Shown here one piece after another: positions 25,221 through 38,646 of a stretch of 64,000 nt of DNA. The notes beneath the pieces were generated by a model that was not told the origin of the DNA, searched no databases, and worked only from the letters and a program-made list of their open reading frames with translations. The stretch spans positions 33,852,001-33,916,000 of the forward strand of contig JBHGNT010000001.1 in the NCBI GenBank assembly GCA_043228905.1, given 5' to 3'. This stretch comes from Azolla caroliniana (lineage: Eukaryota; Plantae; Polypodiophyta). Position numbers and translations under genes: made by a program. The stretch's first letter is position 1. Every line of letters starts with the position of its first letter.

Positions 25221-26849
25221 GCAAAAATGTAATGTGCTTTTCAAATTTCTCTTCTTCTTTTATCATGCCATGTAGGTTTAGGGGGGGGGTGGTTTTAGGG
25301 GCCTTTTCGGGAAGACATGTCCGGTCTACTATAGGCATGGGCTCTCCTCGAGGGTTTAGATTTCGGGTTCAGAATAAACTTTCCATGATAGCTACGAGTT
25401 CATGGTTTTTGAATCTATTAGTTAGTTTGGGGCTGGCTACATTAGAGTCTAGAGCCACGCAAAAGACCCTGTTAGATTTTTAAAGCCACCTAGGTGTAAG
25501 TTTAGGGTTATGACAACAATTGCTAGATACATACTTTCAATTATAGATAGATAAGGTTTAAGGCTTTATGTTTAGGTCAAAAAATAAACTTATTGTACTA
25601 ACTAGGGTTTAGGTTTACGGGGAGAGTTAGATTTAGAAGGAGAGTTGTTATGTTGTCTATCTAGGGTTTAGGCTTACCATTGAGATGAGATTTGTCATGC
25701 TCATCAAGTTTTTTAGGATTTTGACACTATCTAGGTGATCCCATATAGAGGGATGGATGTACTTTTGTATGAAAAAGAAGTAATGTTATGATGAGGGTTT
25801 GAGTAGATATGGAATTTACCTCAAAAACATACGAGAAGGGGACGACAATGACAAGAATCATGAAGACAACATATCTCAAGTTGCATGCCAAAATATAAAG
25901 TCGCATGGTGATCCTCCCTTAGAGAGAGAGTTATTCATGGATTGAAATAGCATATTTTAGTTGTTTATTATATATAATGCTCTAAATGAATTCCAAAATC
26001 ACACATATGTCTTAGCTAGCTTTTCTTTACATATATCCATATCCATGTAGCAAAACAAAATTCATCAAAGAACGCCCCTATACATTCTAATTGACTCAAC
26101 ACATACTATGTAAACATTGATATGATAGCATTGGGATTTTAGGTAGCATCAAATAACGCCTTATCAGATGTACAACCTCAAAACAAATCATTGTTTTGGG
26201 GAACAATGTAATTTTCTTTTCGCCATGAATCCATGAGTGGCTTCTAATTCATTGTTTATTGTATCATCTTTGTTCATGGCAACAAATACTATTAGATTTT
26301 TCTTGGCACATGGTAAGAAACATTTTTTGTACATCTTGATTCATATTGAAACCCTACGTTGAATGGAACGGTTTATGCTATACATAGATTAAGTTTTTGA
26401 ATTATATTGCTAGACATATCCAGGCTGATCACATTGATAAAGAATTAATGAACCAATCATTCTACATAAATGTGATTGCAAAGTTCAGTACTTCATGGCA
26501 TTGTCTTGATTTGAATGTCAAAAAGCAGTATTATTTCCCCCATGCCTAAAGAATTATCTGGAGTTCGAATTCGTCTATAAATCGTATATGGTAAGTAGTG
26601 TTGCCTCCAATGTTTTAACTTCATGGTTGATGTGTGCTGTATTGATTTCATGTCTTCTATTTTTCTACTGTGGAAGATGATGGCAAAGAGCAAGCTAGTT
26701 CAAAATTTTCATGTTGCATAATCTTTCTCTGTTGTCGCTCTGTAAATCATGAATCGTATCCCCTATCAATCTCATCCAAACAGTATGTTCAACGATAGAG
26801 GTTGGTCCAGCATTTGTCCTCTTTTGCAGCCGCATCATCCACATTATGT

Positions 26850-29800
26850 TCAATGATAGGGGTCCGTCCAGCATTTGTCCTCTTTTGCAGCCACAGCCCA
26901 TCTTCTTTGAAAGATTTGAAGCTCCTTATTTGAGCGCCAACGAACCTGCCATGTGAAAAAAAGTATACGAATAGAAATCTTTTACACAAAAGGTAAGAGA
27001 TGTTCACATCCTGCTAAAGCCCAACCAACTCTAGAGACAAAAATTGAAAGAAACCCCAATTTGGCAACATCTAACTTCAAGGGACAAATAAATGAAATAC
27101 TTACTGCTCGTCGAGCTGTATTCTTTCCATCTTCCTACACACATCAAAATGGAAAAGAAAATAATGTCAAAATATGCATGCAAATTTCAGAAAATCTCAT
27201 ACAATGAGAATCATATATCATTCAATTTCAGATTTGTTTGCCTTCACAGTCATGATAACAAAATAGTTCAGCATTACAGCATTTAATGTACATAAAGATG
27301 TTGTTTACCTTCTCAGACTGCCCCCCTAAAGACGGTATGCCATAATGTACAACGTATTGGTCATTGATAACTCCAATTTTCTGACTCCGATCGCCCTTGA
27401 AAAAAAAAGAAAAAGTAAATAGATGGATGGCCTTTTTTGTAAATCCACATGATTATAATGGTGCATATTGGTATGGAGAATAAAATGTTTGATTTGGGAT
27501 ATTTAAAAAACTAAACGATATGTATATCACAATGAGGACACACCTGAGCACAATACCCTAGTTTCATGTCCATACCCCATGCATGTACAAGATCATTCTG
27601 CACAAACAAAAAAGCTGACCATCAATTGTCTTAAAGCAACGGTCTCAAGGACTATCAAAGATAATCAAAGAAAAAAAAGAAATCTTGTTCTTCCATGCAT
27701 TGGTTCTTCTCATGATGATGATGATGATGATGGAAGGTGAGTAAAAACTCCTCACCTGGATCATGTACCACGCACAACGCCAAGCCGAAAGGCTAAATAC
27801 AGGCACCATAACCTCCACCCATCTAGACATAGGAAAACACTTTGAATATTCACAAACCATAACCAAAATTGTCATGTCTTCACACTAAATATTGTCTTCA
27901 CTGCCTAAAAATCACATACCGCATGTAAATACATAAGCATATACTCATATATAAATATATAAGCACATATACTTGTACCTAAATATGTACACATAGATTT
28001 GGATGCAAATACATAAGCATGCACTCATATGTAAATACTTAACCAATTATGTGTGTGTGTAAATATGTAAGAACATCCTTGAGTGTGTAAATACGTAAGG
28101 ACATACGTATTTATACATTACTCGTGTGTAAATATGTATGTGCTATGTGAATATATACGCACATACGCAAGTGTAAATGCATAAGCACATACTTGTAAAT
28201 ACATAAGCACATTCTTGTGTGTATAGACGTAGGTAAATACATAAAGCACATACGTGTGTGTAAATACATACGACACACGCACATGAAAATACATAAGGAC
28301 ATGCTCATATCTAAGGCATAAACACATACTTGTATGCAAATAAGTACGTATGCACATACTTGTGTGCAAATGCACATGCCCATATATCAATCCCCAGGCA
28401 TTATGCTTGCATGGAAATACATAAGCATGTACTCGTATGTAAATAGCTAAAACACACACACGTATATCAATCCCTATTCATTAGGCTTGCATGGAAATAC
28501 ATAAGCATGTACTCGTATGTAAATAGCTAAAACACACATACACGTATATCAATCCCTATTCATTATGCTTGCATGGAAATACATAAGCATGTACTCGTAT
28601 GTAAATAGCTGAACATATGTACATGTATGTAAAATACCTAACCACACATTCTTGAATGCAAACAGATGAGCATAAACTCTAGATATAAAAAAGCATAGGA
28701 ATGAAGCTTGATTTTATGTCTGCACAATTAGATGGCAAACATTTATTTTATAGCAAGATGAACAAAATCACAAAATCTTTTATGATCATCTCCTACCCAG
28801 TACATGGTGGCTGTGTGCTATTCTCAAAACAGAGGAAAGAGCCTCTTGATCTGTAAATTCTCCTGTTAAAAAGGTTAACATAGCCAAAACAACATGAGAA
28901 TTGAATTTGCCAGAAATCTATGAGCTCTAACATTTAGAGCATGCCAACAACCAACCTATGGACTTTCCATCTCGGCCGACGACCTGTTATCTGATGATGA
29001 ATTTCGGATAGCTTAGAATCTAAGCCCGGCTGAGAGATCTCCAAACCTTCTTCTTTAACGATACTCAGATATCTGGAATCACCAAACTTATTGTCTTATA
29101 ACGGAGCACTCTGATTTTGAATCACACAATATAATATCTTGTAACGAATATACACTTTAACTCAAATCACACCATATTATGAGTAACTAATATATACTTT
29201 GATTGGAGTCAATCACAAACTATAAGCCTTAACCCAATACCACTTCCAACATGGACACAATGCAATTAGGAATATTGATATACCTGATTGGATCGAAATT
29301 ATCGACACCGATATCTTCATCCCAAAGAAAAATGTATTTATAAGCAGCAACAATGTCTGGGTGCAAAAATCTTTTTGCAAACCACCTGATCAATCTTTCA
29401 AGTCATAAGTTGAAACAATGGAATAGAGGATATGGATACTTAATTTTCCATAAATTAACTAAATTAGCACAGAGGTATCCATACCATTTAGTTTGATTCA
29501 CAGCTGCAACATGAATGACTCTACCATACCATGGGAACATTTTCCAGTCATCAACAATGCCATCATAGTGGAACAACATCACTGTAAAGTTTTCTGGAGG
29601 AAACTGAATTCACAGAAAAGTTTTATGCACAATGATATATTGAAAAAGCTTACATGAACATAGATAAATCAAGTTATTTTTGGTAAAAACACCAAATACC
29701 ACTAACTGTTTGGGCATTTACCAGAATACCTTTTCGTAGTACTGGAGATATTCTCGTCATTTTTTAAAATATCAGGGGTATTCTGGTCAATTTCAACAGT

Positions 29801-31920
29801 GAGACACTATTCCAACAAGTTAGGAATGTTTTGGTGTTTTTTCCATTTAGCTTTATAGAAAACCTTCTCAATGATCTTATTGACTGAATCTTTCTGCTTA
29901 AACCCAGCTGGTATAGCCAGAAGACTCTGGGACCGCTGACTTTCTTGCTCCTGAAAGCAATATAAGAAATACCAATACATTATTCCAAAGACAAGGGCAA
30001 TCATAAAAGACTCTTTGACATGTATAGTACCATGTGGCAATCATATATTTAAAGAAAGCAAAATCAATGAAAATATGCATTGCTCAGATGCAAACCTCTG
30101 CAATAGGATCTGCCCCTACAGATCGGAAATGAAGATCAGTTGTTTCTTGAACAATACCTTTTGGGATTGAACCAAATGCCTTTCCTCTCTGTTGATATCC
30201 ACCTATCTGTAAAGTTAAGAAAACATAATAATGATTACAACACTATATATCAAATTGCAAGATTTTGTACATAGAATAGGCAATGTGTGTGTGTGACACA
30301 CACACATACATATATATAAAGAGAGGGAATTAAAAAGTTATTACCTGACAAGGCTTATCGTCAACAATACGACCAAACCCTTTCCCAATGCTATTTACAG
30401 TTTTTTGATGTATTGTTGTCCATTGTTCTTTGCGCTGCACGTATGGAAAACACAATGTTGAAAAGATAATACAGTTTGCCAATAGTCTTAAATAAGGAAA
30501 AAGATTGGAGGTAAAAGGATAATGGGAAAAAGATTATGAAATTTCCTTGTGTTGCTTATTTCCCCAAATGCCCTGATGTTTCCGTTATTTCTCGCCATGA
30601 CCCAGGTCAACCCCAGAAAGAGAAGTAATTGAGAACATATAATTGCTTGGAAGGAGGTTGTTCAAGGGCGTTTGGGGAAATAATGGAAATGCAGGGGCAT
30701 TTTGGGAAATCAAAGAAAAGGGATGTGTATTTCTGGAATGTTTCCCAAGAATATACCTGAATCTGTAATTCAAGTAGGGCGACACTGCAAAATAAGGATA
30801 TGAGCATGATAAAGCTACCAAAGGTCGTCAATCTTGACCATAGCTTAAACCATTGCCCAGTCTCTTCATATGCTTCTACATCTAGCTGCCAAGATCAATG
30901 GAAAACAAAAAATGATTGCTCTTTTCAAGGAAGACACATGCGCTATATGACCCTCTTAGAATTAAAAGATGTCAGTTTCATGCAAATACCACATGAATTT
31001 CAACAAAACCTATAGAGAGCAATTTCATTGTTTGAGCTCCAAATTTGCATCTTCAATCATCTCACGTGAGATTGAGACCAATTACATTATTGATTCATTC
31101 ATTTATTCATTGTTTGAGCTCCACAGTGTAGCATTCGATGGTCCCACAATTGATTGAGATCAATTACATTATTTACTCATTCATCTATTGATTTTCATCA
31201 GTGAGTGCCAAGGTTGTACGTTCAATAGTTCCACAATGGATTGAGATTCCCCCATAGAAATATAATGAACAATAATGTGGATGAAATTAGAATTTGGTCT
31301 TTCCCATCATTTCCATTGGATTGAATACGATGGACTTAATGCTACCCGTGAATCAAGCTCCTCAATGGATGCATGAATTGCTAAAGACCGACATATAATT
31401 AACAAACTCTTGCTAAAATAAAAACATTGGTTGCTAGTCAAAAACCGAAATTATAAACATTCTAAAAGAATCCATGAATAGCCCACTGTAAAAATATTTA
31501 TGATTTGCTTCCGTGGAAGTCTCCAAAAACGAACATATAATCATTTCAATTATAAAACCCCATGATTTACCACAGAGATATTCCCAAAAATACACGTAGC
31601 TTCACTGGTAAGACCTTGAAATGCGACAAAATGAATCCCCACTGAACTCCACAAAAAAGGATGTAGGGATAAAAAGGTCACAAATTTGCCAAAAATGGAG
31701 AAAGTACACCAAAGGAAAGAAAGCTAAACACACAGAAAAAAGGAGGTTGGTATGCACATATAGATTGGAATACGTATACATGTAGGTATGTAGGTATGTA
31801 TGTATGCATGGAGAGAGGGACAATGAGAATGAGAAAGAGAAGAACAAAGCTTACCAGAACACTTGGATGAGGAGAACAAGGAGAAGAGAATCTGAAGGCA
31901 CGAAAAAGGCGCGCAAACAT
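26850..31920 (-). CDS. DUF707 family protein (type II membrane protein, putative glycosyltransferase-like)
   Basis: About 14 GT-AG exons. They encode an N-terminal TM segment (FGSFIMLISLFCSVALL), SIPKGIVQETTDLHFR, LLAIPAGFKQK, FTVMLFHYDG..WK..PW..RVIHVAAVNQTKWWFAKRFLHPDIV..YKYIFLWDEDIGV, GLEISQPGLD, HHQIT, PPCTGWVEVMVPVFS..AWRCAWYMIQNDLVHAWGMD, and VRWRSNKEL...EDKCWTDPYH*. The start ATG at 31920 is inferred. Confidence 0.92.
27915..28680. repeat. degenerate minisatellite in a DUF707 intron, including three ~80-bp tandem units
   Basis: aaatacataagcacatact-like motifs repeat throughout. The unit atatcaatccc...gcttgcatggaaatacataagcatgtactcgtatgtaaatagct starts at ~28384, ~28464 and ~28546. Confidence 0.85.
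29680..29845. mobile_element. Mutator-like foldback remnant in a DUF707 intron, same family as 6660-6825
   Basis: aaaaacaccaaatacc...ccagaatacc...ggggtattctgg...ttttggtgtttttt forms inverted arms. Confidence 0.45.
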
Positions 31921-31990
31921 GTTTTGATGGAGGAACAGAGTAGCCCAGGGAAGAAGAGGAAACAGAGGAGCATGAATTCAAAGAAATCTT

Positions 31991-32048
31991 GAAGAAGAAG
32001 AAGAAGAAGAAGAAGAAGAAGAAGAAGAGGAAGAGGAAGAGGAAGAGG
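31991..32048. repeat. (GAA)n/(GAAGAG)n microsatellite in the DUF707 5' UTR
   Basis: Directly visible. Confidence 0.9.
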
Positions 32049-32556
32049 TGGTAGCTTGAAGTTTGGGTTTCCTTTGCTTTCTGCTTTCTCTTTGTTTTCT
32101 TTGTTATATGAAGAAGAAGAAGAAGAAAGAGAGATGATGGATATGGCATGACGGAGGTGAAGAGCCATTTGCAAAATTGCTGCTTAGGAAACAAAACAGG
32201 ACCCAAATAAAAAAAAGCAAATATGTATGTGAATAAAAACTTTAAAGTGAAGTAAAAAAAAAAAGGGCAAAAAAAGCTTCCTGGTTTTTCAAACCTTCAT
32301 ATAACTCCCTCTTTTCTGTGGACTCTCCATGCCATGCCACTTCTTGCTATACATACATACCTACCTACATACATACATACATACATACATACACATACAT
32401 ACATACCCACAAGGATTGCCTCTTCTTACTATATAAATATATATACATACATACATACACTTACATGCATGCATACCACATATTAGCATAGTATAGCATA
32501 GCATCCCTCGTCTCCGGTTCAAGCTTGTTGTCTCTAGTATCTCAAGCCACCTTTCG

Positions 32557-32671
32557 AGACCCTGCTCCCATTGTTGTCATCTTTTGGAACTCTGTTCCAC
32601 ATGGATGATTGGTTGACCCTGTTCCCAATGTTGTCATCCTCTCGAATTGTTCCGCACGGATGATTAGTTGA
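32557..32671. repeat. ~57-bp tandem duplication
   Basis: gaccctg(c/t)tccca(t/a)tgttgtcatc...tgttcc(a/g)ca(t/c)ggatgatt(g/a)gttga occurs twice. Confidence 0.8.
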
Positions 32672-35354
32672 AGCCTCGTGTGTCAATCTGCAAAACCTTA
32701 AGCTTGGAGTAGCTAAAGAAAATAATAAGCGGAAAACGCAATTTCATGTATGCATGCTATATATTGGCTGAATGTATGGGAATATGTTTTCATTTCCCCA
32801 TCTTCATTAGTGGAGTGTAGCTCTTTGACCATGTTTACATCCTTAGACACTTGACAAAGTCATTTGTTACACGTAGAATTACTTTCAAATAACGCTCAAC
32901 TTCCATGCATATTAAACGCAACAATGTCATGGATCAAGGGTGGTACTCGTTATAAAAATAAGTCCTTTTATATTATAAAGTGAGCTCAACATTTTTTTAT
33001 TAAATAACTTCAAATACATAAATAGATCAAGTAAAATAAGAAGTTTCACTTCATCTTTCCATGAGCTATAAAAGTATTTAGATCATTTTCTTACCATAAG
33101 TTAACAAAGAGTCATTCATATCATAAGTGTAGGTGCATGTATGCAATTGTAACTTCGTAGCTTCTCTGGTGTTATTGGGTTATAACTTCTCGTTGTTGCC
33201 AACTTATTCAAACTAATTGTGATGTCTTTACGCAAGCATGCCATATTTTTCTTTTTTTTCCAAAAAATGGCATGCCATATATTTCAATGCACATCCATAT
33301 ATCGATGAATCATTTATGGTAAATGTGAAATTGCAGTTATGCATGGAAATGTGTAGCCTAGAAAAACGAGGAAACATGTGTTTGTCTTATGTCTTGGTAT
33401 TTATAATGAACTAGGAATGAACAACACGTAAGAAGCATAAAGACCGGTGAACAAATTCAAGGAAATTAGGGTATACAACGACGGGATATTCCACAATCAT
33501 AACTAAAGCAAAAATCTCCTATCAATCTTACTTGGGATATTACCCATGTTTAAAATTCTATATTATTATTGCATGTCCCAACCACAACTAGTTACGTTTA
33601 AGCAAGGAACTAAGTTTGATGCACTACATTCCGAAATACGAAAATGATAGTAGAAAAGAAGTATGCTTCAATTCAACTCCATATGCTGATTGGCGTGGAT
33701 TTTCAATTCCCAACTTTCCAATCAACTATCATATCATTACTTGAGACTTGCACAATAGAAACCCTTTCCAATTTTTGATAAGGACAAGTGGGCGTTACGA
33801 GTAAACTTTTATTTGATATGAGGATGCAATTTTTGGACACCACATAGAACAATGGCATGTTACAAGCTTGAAAAAATAATCTAAAAATTAAAATAAATTC
33901 TATACATTCATTTGATCAATGAGGAAGTGTAGCAATAGATATATATTTGCTCCTTGGATCTAACGTTTCGATCTTCTACACATAACAAAGTATAAAATAT
34001 TCATACAAATGTGTTAGATCCTACAGGGAAGAGGGTTTGTTTCACTTTGGCATAAAATATTATATTCTTTATTAAGCATCCACGAGATGGACAAGCATTC
34101 ATATCTTGTTCCGTTTAGGATTGTGTGTGTGTGCAAGTATGCAAACACATTTATGATGTGGCGGAAGCGTCAAAATAGAAAGGCATATCAGATGCATCGT
34201 TTTATCTCTCTCTAATTGTTAGTGGGATTTGGTAAGGTTACTTTACTATCAAGTGGTAGTTACCAAACTACCAAGCGCACATCCCACTCACGTGAAATGT
34301 CAATCTCTTGGGAGAAATAAAAAGCCACCACTAACCAATTATGAGATATATGAAATCAAGAAGTGAAAGTAAGGTAAACATACACCACTAGAATATTAAA
34401 AAATCAACAAATTACTACATAATCCACATGGAATATATGGGGATAGTTGGAAGTGCAAAGCAAGTTGTTTATAGTGAGCGAGTAATACTTTTAAATCCAA
34501 TTAATACGGCGACAAATGCTCACATTGTTAATCCACTAGGAAACTAAAAGTTAAATACTTGATAGTAGATGATTGTCTGAAGTTGCTAAGGTAAAGTATT
34601 TTCAAATGCACGTTGTAAGTATGTGTACATCTAGGGGTTTGAAAGACTTGTGGGTTAGAGAAGAGGCCATTGCATTTGATTTTTCTCGAACAATGTGTTC
34701 GAGTGGTGGATCTTGCATGTATGCCCCCTTGAACAGTAATCATTTAGGAAAATTCAAAGAACGTGTCAAAAATAACAACACATCTCTAGTTTATTTTGAA
34801 GTTTGTGATTTTCTCCTACCCTAGGACTAAAGATAAGTATGATCTTAAACAATAGATGCACACCAAATATATACTTTCTCAATTTGTGATTCTTGTAAGG
34901 GTTTAACCCATAAGCCTATGCTATAGCCTAGCCTTGACCAATTGGGGTTATTCCACATACGTGTACAACCTACCAATCAAGCAATTCCTTCTTTGCCAAC
35001 ATGTTTGAATGTCAACTCAGCCCAATCTCCTCTCACCATCTTTCAACTTAATATTTGAAAGATCTTATTGTAGAAAAGCATTTCCTATGTATGGCATGGT
35101 TGTATGGTTATTCTTACAACACACTCTTCAATGTATAGGTCTTGACCCGTAATTATTAGCTCTTACCAATATTTGCTCAATCTTTGGGTTAACCTCCCAA
35201 TTGTTTGACTCCATTGATCTACTGCCATAAGATAAATTTTATGACCAACATTGGTCTTCCAAATATTTAATTATCCATGTGAAAGCGGTGTGCTTGGTTT
35301 TAACTTTTATATATCTTGTCATTAACATTTTCTATAGTGGATGGTGGATCTTGC

Positions 35355-35580
35355 ATGCATGGCTCTTAATTTTTTTTCCAAAGAAGAATATCCTTCCATT
35401 AGCATGGCTCTCAATTTTCATTTTCTAAGTACAAGAAACATTAAAAGATCTTACATTATCATGACTCTCCATTTTCCTTTTCTAAAGTATAGGAAACATT
35501 AAAGAACCTTAAAGGATCTTCCATTAGCATGTCTCTCGATTTTCATTTTTTGAAGTATAGGAAACATTAAAGAACATTAG
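35355..35580. repeat. 3-4 degenerate ~55-70-bp tandem units
   Basis: cattagcatg(g/t)ctctc..ttttc..aagta(c/t)a(a/g)gaaacattaaa is repeated. Confidence 0.7.
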
Positions 35581-36784
35581 AGAGTACATTGATGGGTGAC
35601 TTTTAAAAAACTAAATTTGCTCATATATATAATATAGCCTATAGGGTTATATTCACCCAATCTATTGATATGCTTAACAACTTGAAACAATCAAATAGTC
35701 CACATGAAAGGGGTTATTGTTATTTGCTTTTTGCCAAGCCTCTTTCTATTAATAAACTTCTCAATGCATTAGAGAAAGTGGTAGGCAAGGTTTTTTCCTA
35801 TGAAAGAGGCCTTTGATTGTGATTGGCCAACTAAAAATGATGTGTCTTTTTCTTTTCCATGATCCATGTACGGCCCATGTGTGTCCATTTAGAACGAGTC
35901 CAAAGCTTGACTGTCAATCTTCATCAGCCCTACATACTGACACTCGTGAGCCAAATCTCTAGAGTCCATACTATAGAACTTTTGTCCAATCTCCAAAACG
36001 AAAGTTTCCAATTTCCAACATATATTTACTACTATTAGCTTTTATCACAATATGATTTATCATGGTTAATCACTCTAATTATGAGACAAAGTGCAAAGCC
36101 ACTAATTTATGTGATTATATCACATTGTAATTGAAATTAAATAATTATGAATTAACACACCATTAAATGTGCGAGTCTCTAAATTGCATACCTAACATAC
36201 CCCAAACTATTCAAACATTCATTATCTCCGAAATGCTATTTGTCAACCCTTGAAATAGAAATTAACTACACAACTTCATAAATACCAAATACAACTACTC
36301 AAGAGGTTATTGACAATGGCATTTGGTTTTTTTGTTACATATGTGAAAAAAAATGAAAAATTGGCCTTTGAGCACATATTTGTGGCATTTGTTTAAAGTT
36401 TCCCCCCCTTGTAACTTGATCTTCCCAACCACACTCAAGCTATGATCGAGACATAGCCAACAAACCACTAATGTTCCATACCCATAGATATTCCGCTGAC
36501 TAATATATTGGAAGAGGTAAAACAATCACTGCGACAAAAGCTGAGACTGCACCACTAGTGTCTTACGACTTTAGACTCTCTAAGTTATACATCTTCACAT
36601 ACCCCTTGAATAGGTGTGACTTCTATAAAAGACTCTATATCCATTGGTTGTTAAGCTCACGATAGTGCACATACCATTCCCTCTATCCAATCACATTATC
36701 CCTTTCTAACATTAGCGAATTTACCATTCACTTATGTTTTGTAAATATTAGTGACCTACCCTTATTTACATTATGCGTACATAA

Positions 36785-37110
36785 TAAAAATACCCCTAAT
36801 CATGTCAAATTGTTAGGATGCCCCGACCACAAAATTTAAAAAAGACTTACTTTTTAATTAAGTTGAATTAATACTGACACTAGGCTAACATGAAAAATAA
36901 AAATCAATTACTATTTGTAGTGTTCAAGAGCTCTAGAGATACTAAATTACAAATCTATCATAATAAGTGTTCCGGTATCTAACTAGCACACTAATAATAA
37001 TAACATGGTCATTAGTGTCGGTTTGATCTAATTAAAAACCAGGGATAGTTGTGTAAATTTAAAAACACAAGCAAATTTATGGTTAAAAGAAATAGAGGGG
37101 TATTCTAGTG
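36785..37110. mobile_element. long foldback (Mutator-like MITE) remnant
   Basis: Nested inverted matches: aatacccct/aggggtatt, tttttaatta/taattaaaaa, tgacacta/tagtgtcg, tagtgt/acacta. Confidence 0.5.
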
Positions 37111-37876
37111 ATTTGTCAATAAGTTAGAGTGCTTTGTGTATTTTTGTATTTTCTCCAATGAATTAATATAGATAAAATTACATTTGGCATGAACATGCAG
37201 GCACTTTTGTTTGTATCTCAAAATAATTAAATTAAGCAAAAATTGTGGCACAAGAGTGACAAATTCGAAAAGGTAAAACGATGGAATTTCTTCAACATGC
37301 CACTCATTTTCTTACTTATTAATTTAGAAATGGTATGATGAGAATAACGGATAATTATACATGGATTAGAAGTGCGTAGATGGCCATGAGTCTATTAATG
37401 GTGTTTGACATGCAAGATGATGCATGAGTCATGGATGCATCATGTAAGGAAAAAGAGCACTTCTAAGACTTTGATAAATTGGGGTCAAAAGCTCACCTTG
37501 AAAGTTACGAAGATCACGTACCATGTACTTGAAAGGTGACCACATTGTCTATGGTGGATTTGCTGCACAATCGCCTTTTTAATTTTTGTTTTTTAAGCTT
37601 AAGAAAACAAAGATTTGGATAAGAAAACTTGCTTGGACATCTTTTGTTTTAAGATGCAAGAACAATTGTGGTAGTGTGAAGTGAGTTTGAATAAAGGCAT
37701 GCTTACCATGATAAAGTTTGGATGTATGAGCTTCGATCTCAATATCATTGTGTAAGCTTTTGTAACTTCATCCATTCAATAACGCTGGACTTTAGAGATT
37801 ATTTGTGGCAATGTGTAAGAGTTGATGAGATGTATCTTGAAAAAATGTATACATTTCATAATAAAAAATTGTAGTA

Positions 37877-38128
37877 TACTAGAGTATAGGTTTGTTATGG
37901 TTAGCTATTTACACATCAAAGGGTCAAAGATTTTCTAAAACTCAACCATTCAAGGGCTTATGAGTGCAAGTTTTGAGTCATTTAGCATCAATTTAAGTGT
38001 GCTACTAGAGTATAGCTTTGTTATGGTTAGCTATTTACGCATCAAAGGGTCAAAGCTTTTCTAAAACTCAACCATTCAAGGGCTAATGAGTGCAAGTTTT
38101 GAGTCATTTAGCATCAATTTAAGTGTGC
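37877..38128. repeat. near-identical 126-bp tandem duplication
   Basis: tactagagtatag...tttagcatcaatttaagtgtgc occurs at 37877-38002 and 38003-38128 with only a few substitutions. Confidence 0.92.
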
Positions 38129-38646
38129 AACAAGATGTTATGGCCATTTACAAAAATCCATCTATAAAAACAAACTTGATCAAAGTTTGGGATTGCAATT
38201 TTGATCTTTGTTAATTACATCAAGATCTCTTCACCATCGATGGAAAAAATTGGTGATGCGAGTATAAGATCAGCACAAAATCACTCCATATTTAGAGGTA
38301 CATCCTTTGGATGGTTGACATAATATTGGGGGTGTTACAAGTTGGCAAGTCTAGGTTATTTTTGGAAGGATAGGAATGATTAAGTAGAATACCCGAAGAT
38401 AGACTCACAATACTTGTGAGAGAAAAGGTGTCACCTCAAAAAGCCGTAACTTAACCGGTCGATGAAGACCTTTAGGTAAAGCAAGTAAACTGAAGGGATA
38501 TCCTTTTGTTTATTTTATTTGCTTTTAACAATATATAATTCTTAAAGAGGAAGGTAAATAAATATGTTCTCCAAGCCCACATTATGTACATGTAAATTTA
38601 CATTAATATATTTTGTTTACAACAAATTTGAATAATGTTAGTCTCA

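Noticed and set aside
27915-28680. Regularly spaced repeats as a CRISPR-like array
   Set aside because: This is a eukaryotic intronic minisatellite with no unique spacers and no cas genes. The same applies to 46998-47132.
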